This document shows, piece after piece, positions 62,036-64,000 of a stretch of DNA of 64,000 nt. The stretch's first letter is position 1, and each line of letters opens with the position of its first letter. This DNA comes from Anolis carolinensis (taxonomy: Eukaryota). The translations under genes and the position numbers were made by a program. Below the pieces are notes generated by a model. The model had not been told where the DNA came from and made no database searches. It saw only the letters and a list, made by a program, of their open reading frames with translations. The DNA is taken from positions 17,168,024-17,232,023 of the forward strand of contig NC_085845.1 of assembly GCF_035594765.1 (NCBI RefSeq), given 5' to 3'.

Positions 62036-62301
62036 TTCCCAGGTGTGCATGACTCCAGTGGTTTTGCCCACAGGTTCATTGGAACATGCAAGCCGCCTCA
62101 CCACAGCAAGGGAGAGAAAGTGTGGAATGGTGTCCATATTTCCAACCAGCACAAAATGCCAAAATGGATATAGTGCTGGACCTCTAAAGAGTAATTGGCA
62201 AAGCAAATGCTGAACAAAAACTAGTCCAACCTCTGCACACATGTTAGAGCAGAGGGGGAAAAGCTTTGTTTTATTTGGAAAACATATAAAAGTAGTTTTA
62301 T

Positions 62302-62538
62302 TTGTTTATTTGTTTGTTTATTTATTTATTTACAGTATTTATATTCCGCCCTTCTCACCCCGAAGGGGACTCAGGGCAGATCATATTATATACATATAAG
62401 GTAAACATTCAATGCCTTGACATAGAACAAAGACAAAGACAAACGCAGGCTCCGAGCTGGCCTCGAACTCATGACCTCAGAGTGATTGGTCTCAGCTGGC
62501 TGCAGCTAGCTGCTCACCAGCTTGCACCACAGCCCGGG
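62302..62538 (-). mobile_element. tRNA-headed, L2-tailed SINE (Anolis SINE2 type)
   Basis: Minus strand: box A TGGTGCAAGCTGG, box B GAGTTCGAGGCC, L2 tail CTGAGTCCCCTTCGGGTGAGAAGGGCGG, then (TAAA)n. Confidence 0.85.
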
Positions 62539-63659
62539 TTTTACTTATCAATTACTTGTTCATACTCAAATATATGGTGTAATGAAGGAGAGAGAAAATA
62601 GTCGAAGGTTGAGTGATGCAGGAATAGAGTGGATATGGAAAGGGAGATGAATAGGAAGTCTGAAAATACTCAAACTAGAAATGTATAGGCATGCTGGCTC
62701 TAACATAAAAAAAAAATCCTTAGCAGAAAGAACAAAGCTGTTCTAACAAAGCTCTGCTAATGATTTCACCTTTGAGAAATGGTTGGAGAATTTCTCCCTC
62801 CTGTGTTAATTGAGATGGTCTGCACATTTTCTCTGCTTATAAGTGCAATGCGAATTTTTAAGTGACCAGTTGTTTTTGCATTACTGAAGATATGCAGTTT
62901 ATGAAGAAAAATTCAATGCAATCTCTTGTTTCTAGTACTGACAGGTCTAATTAAAGAAAGGCATTTTTAGTCCAAGAGCTAAAACAATTATCCTTATTAT
63001 TGTCTTCTTCAAAATTGGTCCCATTCACCTTTCTGGTAGAGCAGAAAACTTGAAGAGGGGAATCAATTGCATCTATTTAAATTTTGAATGTGATTTTTTT
63101 TTTGTCTACAATTTCAGTGTTCTTTTTTTAAAACAATCTCATACATTGATCTTATGTACATGGTACATTAATACAAGGCACTTTATCAATTCTCTGCTGG
63201 GTTAGACCTAGTTGTTTAGGACTGAGATACAGGTCTGTAAATAAGCACCTCTAACAGATTCAGAGGAAATCTTTACACATTTTAATTGCCTAGACAGGTT
63301 CAATCCCCTGGAAGGCCAAGAGGGAAATCAATTGGTAATTTTAATGCAAAATCAATTGGGATTATCTTTATCAAATGTGCTGATGCAGCTTCTTAAGAAG
63401 CATCTGTTTCTCAGAAAATGTGATGGGCTGGTATCCTAATGATTTACGTTCCTACTTGGGGAGGGGGTCCCTCCTCCAATATGCCATATTCCCAAGGAGA
63501 AATTAAGCTTGCTTGGCATTTTAATGACAATCCTGGCAATTATTAAAATTAGCTTTAGAGGAGCACTTGTTTCAGAGCAAGATTGCTACCAGATGCAGTT
63601 TAAAATGTTAGGCATCTAGTTAGGTTCAGGTATCGCATTATGGCATACCTACCCCCCAA

Positions 63660-64000
63660 AAAATCATTCCAGAGTCTTGGGGCAGATGATGAAAATGTCC
63701 TCTGGGTGATGGTTGCCAGTCGGGTTCTGGCTGATTGGAGTAGCCAACCCCCAGAGGACCTCAGTGTTCGGGGTGAATTGTATGGGAGAAGGCGATCCTG
63801 TAGGTATCCTGGACCCAAACCATGTAGGGCTTTAAAGGTCAAAACCAACACCTTGTACTTTGCCAGGAAACTAATTGGTAGGCAGTGGAGTCACTTTAAC
63901 ATGAGTGTAATATGTTCACTCCTGAATGTTCCTGTAACTAGTCTGGCTACCATATTTTGAACCAGCTGGAGTTTCCAAACTTGGTACAAAGGTAGCCCAA
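63660..64000 (-). mobile_element. L2 LINE ORF2 C-terminal fragment, continuing past the window end
   Basis: Minus-strand peptide LVLTFKALHGLGPGYL.D.L..Y...R.LRSS...R.FS..APRLWN is diagnostic of L2. Confidence 0.9.

Noticed and set aside
61940-62242. 100-aa ORF as a host exon or processed pseudogene
   Set aside because: No recognisable protein; part of it overlaps sequence resembling an RTE 5' UTR.

Overview
Eukaryotic, AT-rich, non-coding DNA (intronic or intergenic) from a squamate reptile. The repeat complement matches the green anole Anolis carolinensis: Sauria SINEs, an L2-tailed SINE, 5S-derived SINEs, Penelope, Vingi, CR1, L2, RTE, a Helitron, and hAT, Tc1/mariner and Harbinger-like MITEs. 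The organism and family names come from recognition, not a database search. I found no host protein-coding exon that I can support; the only recognisable peptides are retroelement relics (CR1 RT, L2 C-terminus, Vingi CCHC end, Penelope GIY-YIG end). There is a 160-N assembly gap at 26311-26470. The most striking object is a 1250-bp GC/CpG-rich non-autonomous hAT element (43349-44598, perfect 8-bp TSD). Its interior is a hierarchy of hairpins within hairpins with a 390-bp period, a spacer-less 590-bp perfect palindrome, flipped loops and co-varying arms. The modules carry NRF1/MRE, ETS, YY1 and Sp1 motifs. Other highlights are a Russian-doll composite hAT element, Penelope terminal repeats with minimal hammerhead ribozymes in a stereotyped inverted geometry, a Helitron carrying a SINE fragment, candidate conserved non-coding blocks and a candidate 24-nt microexon.
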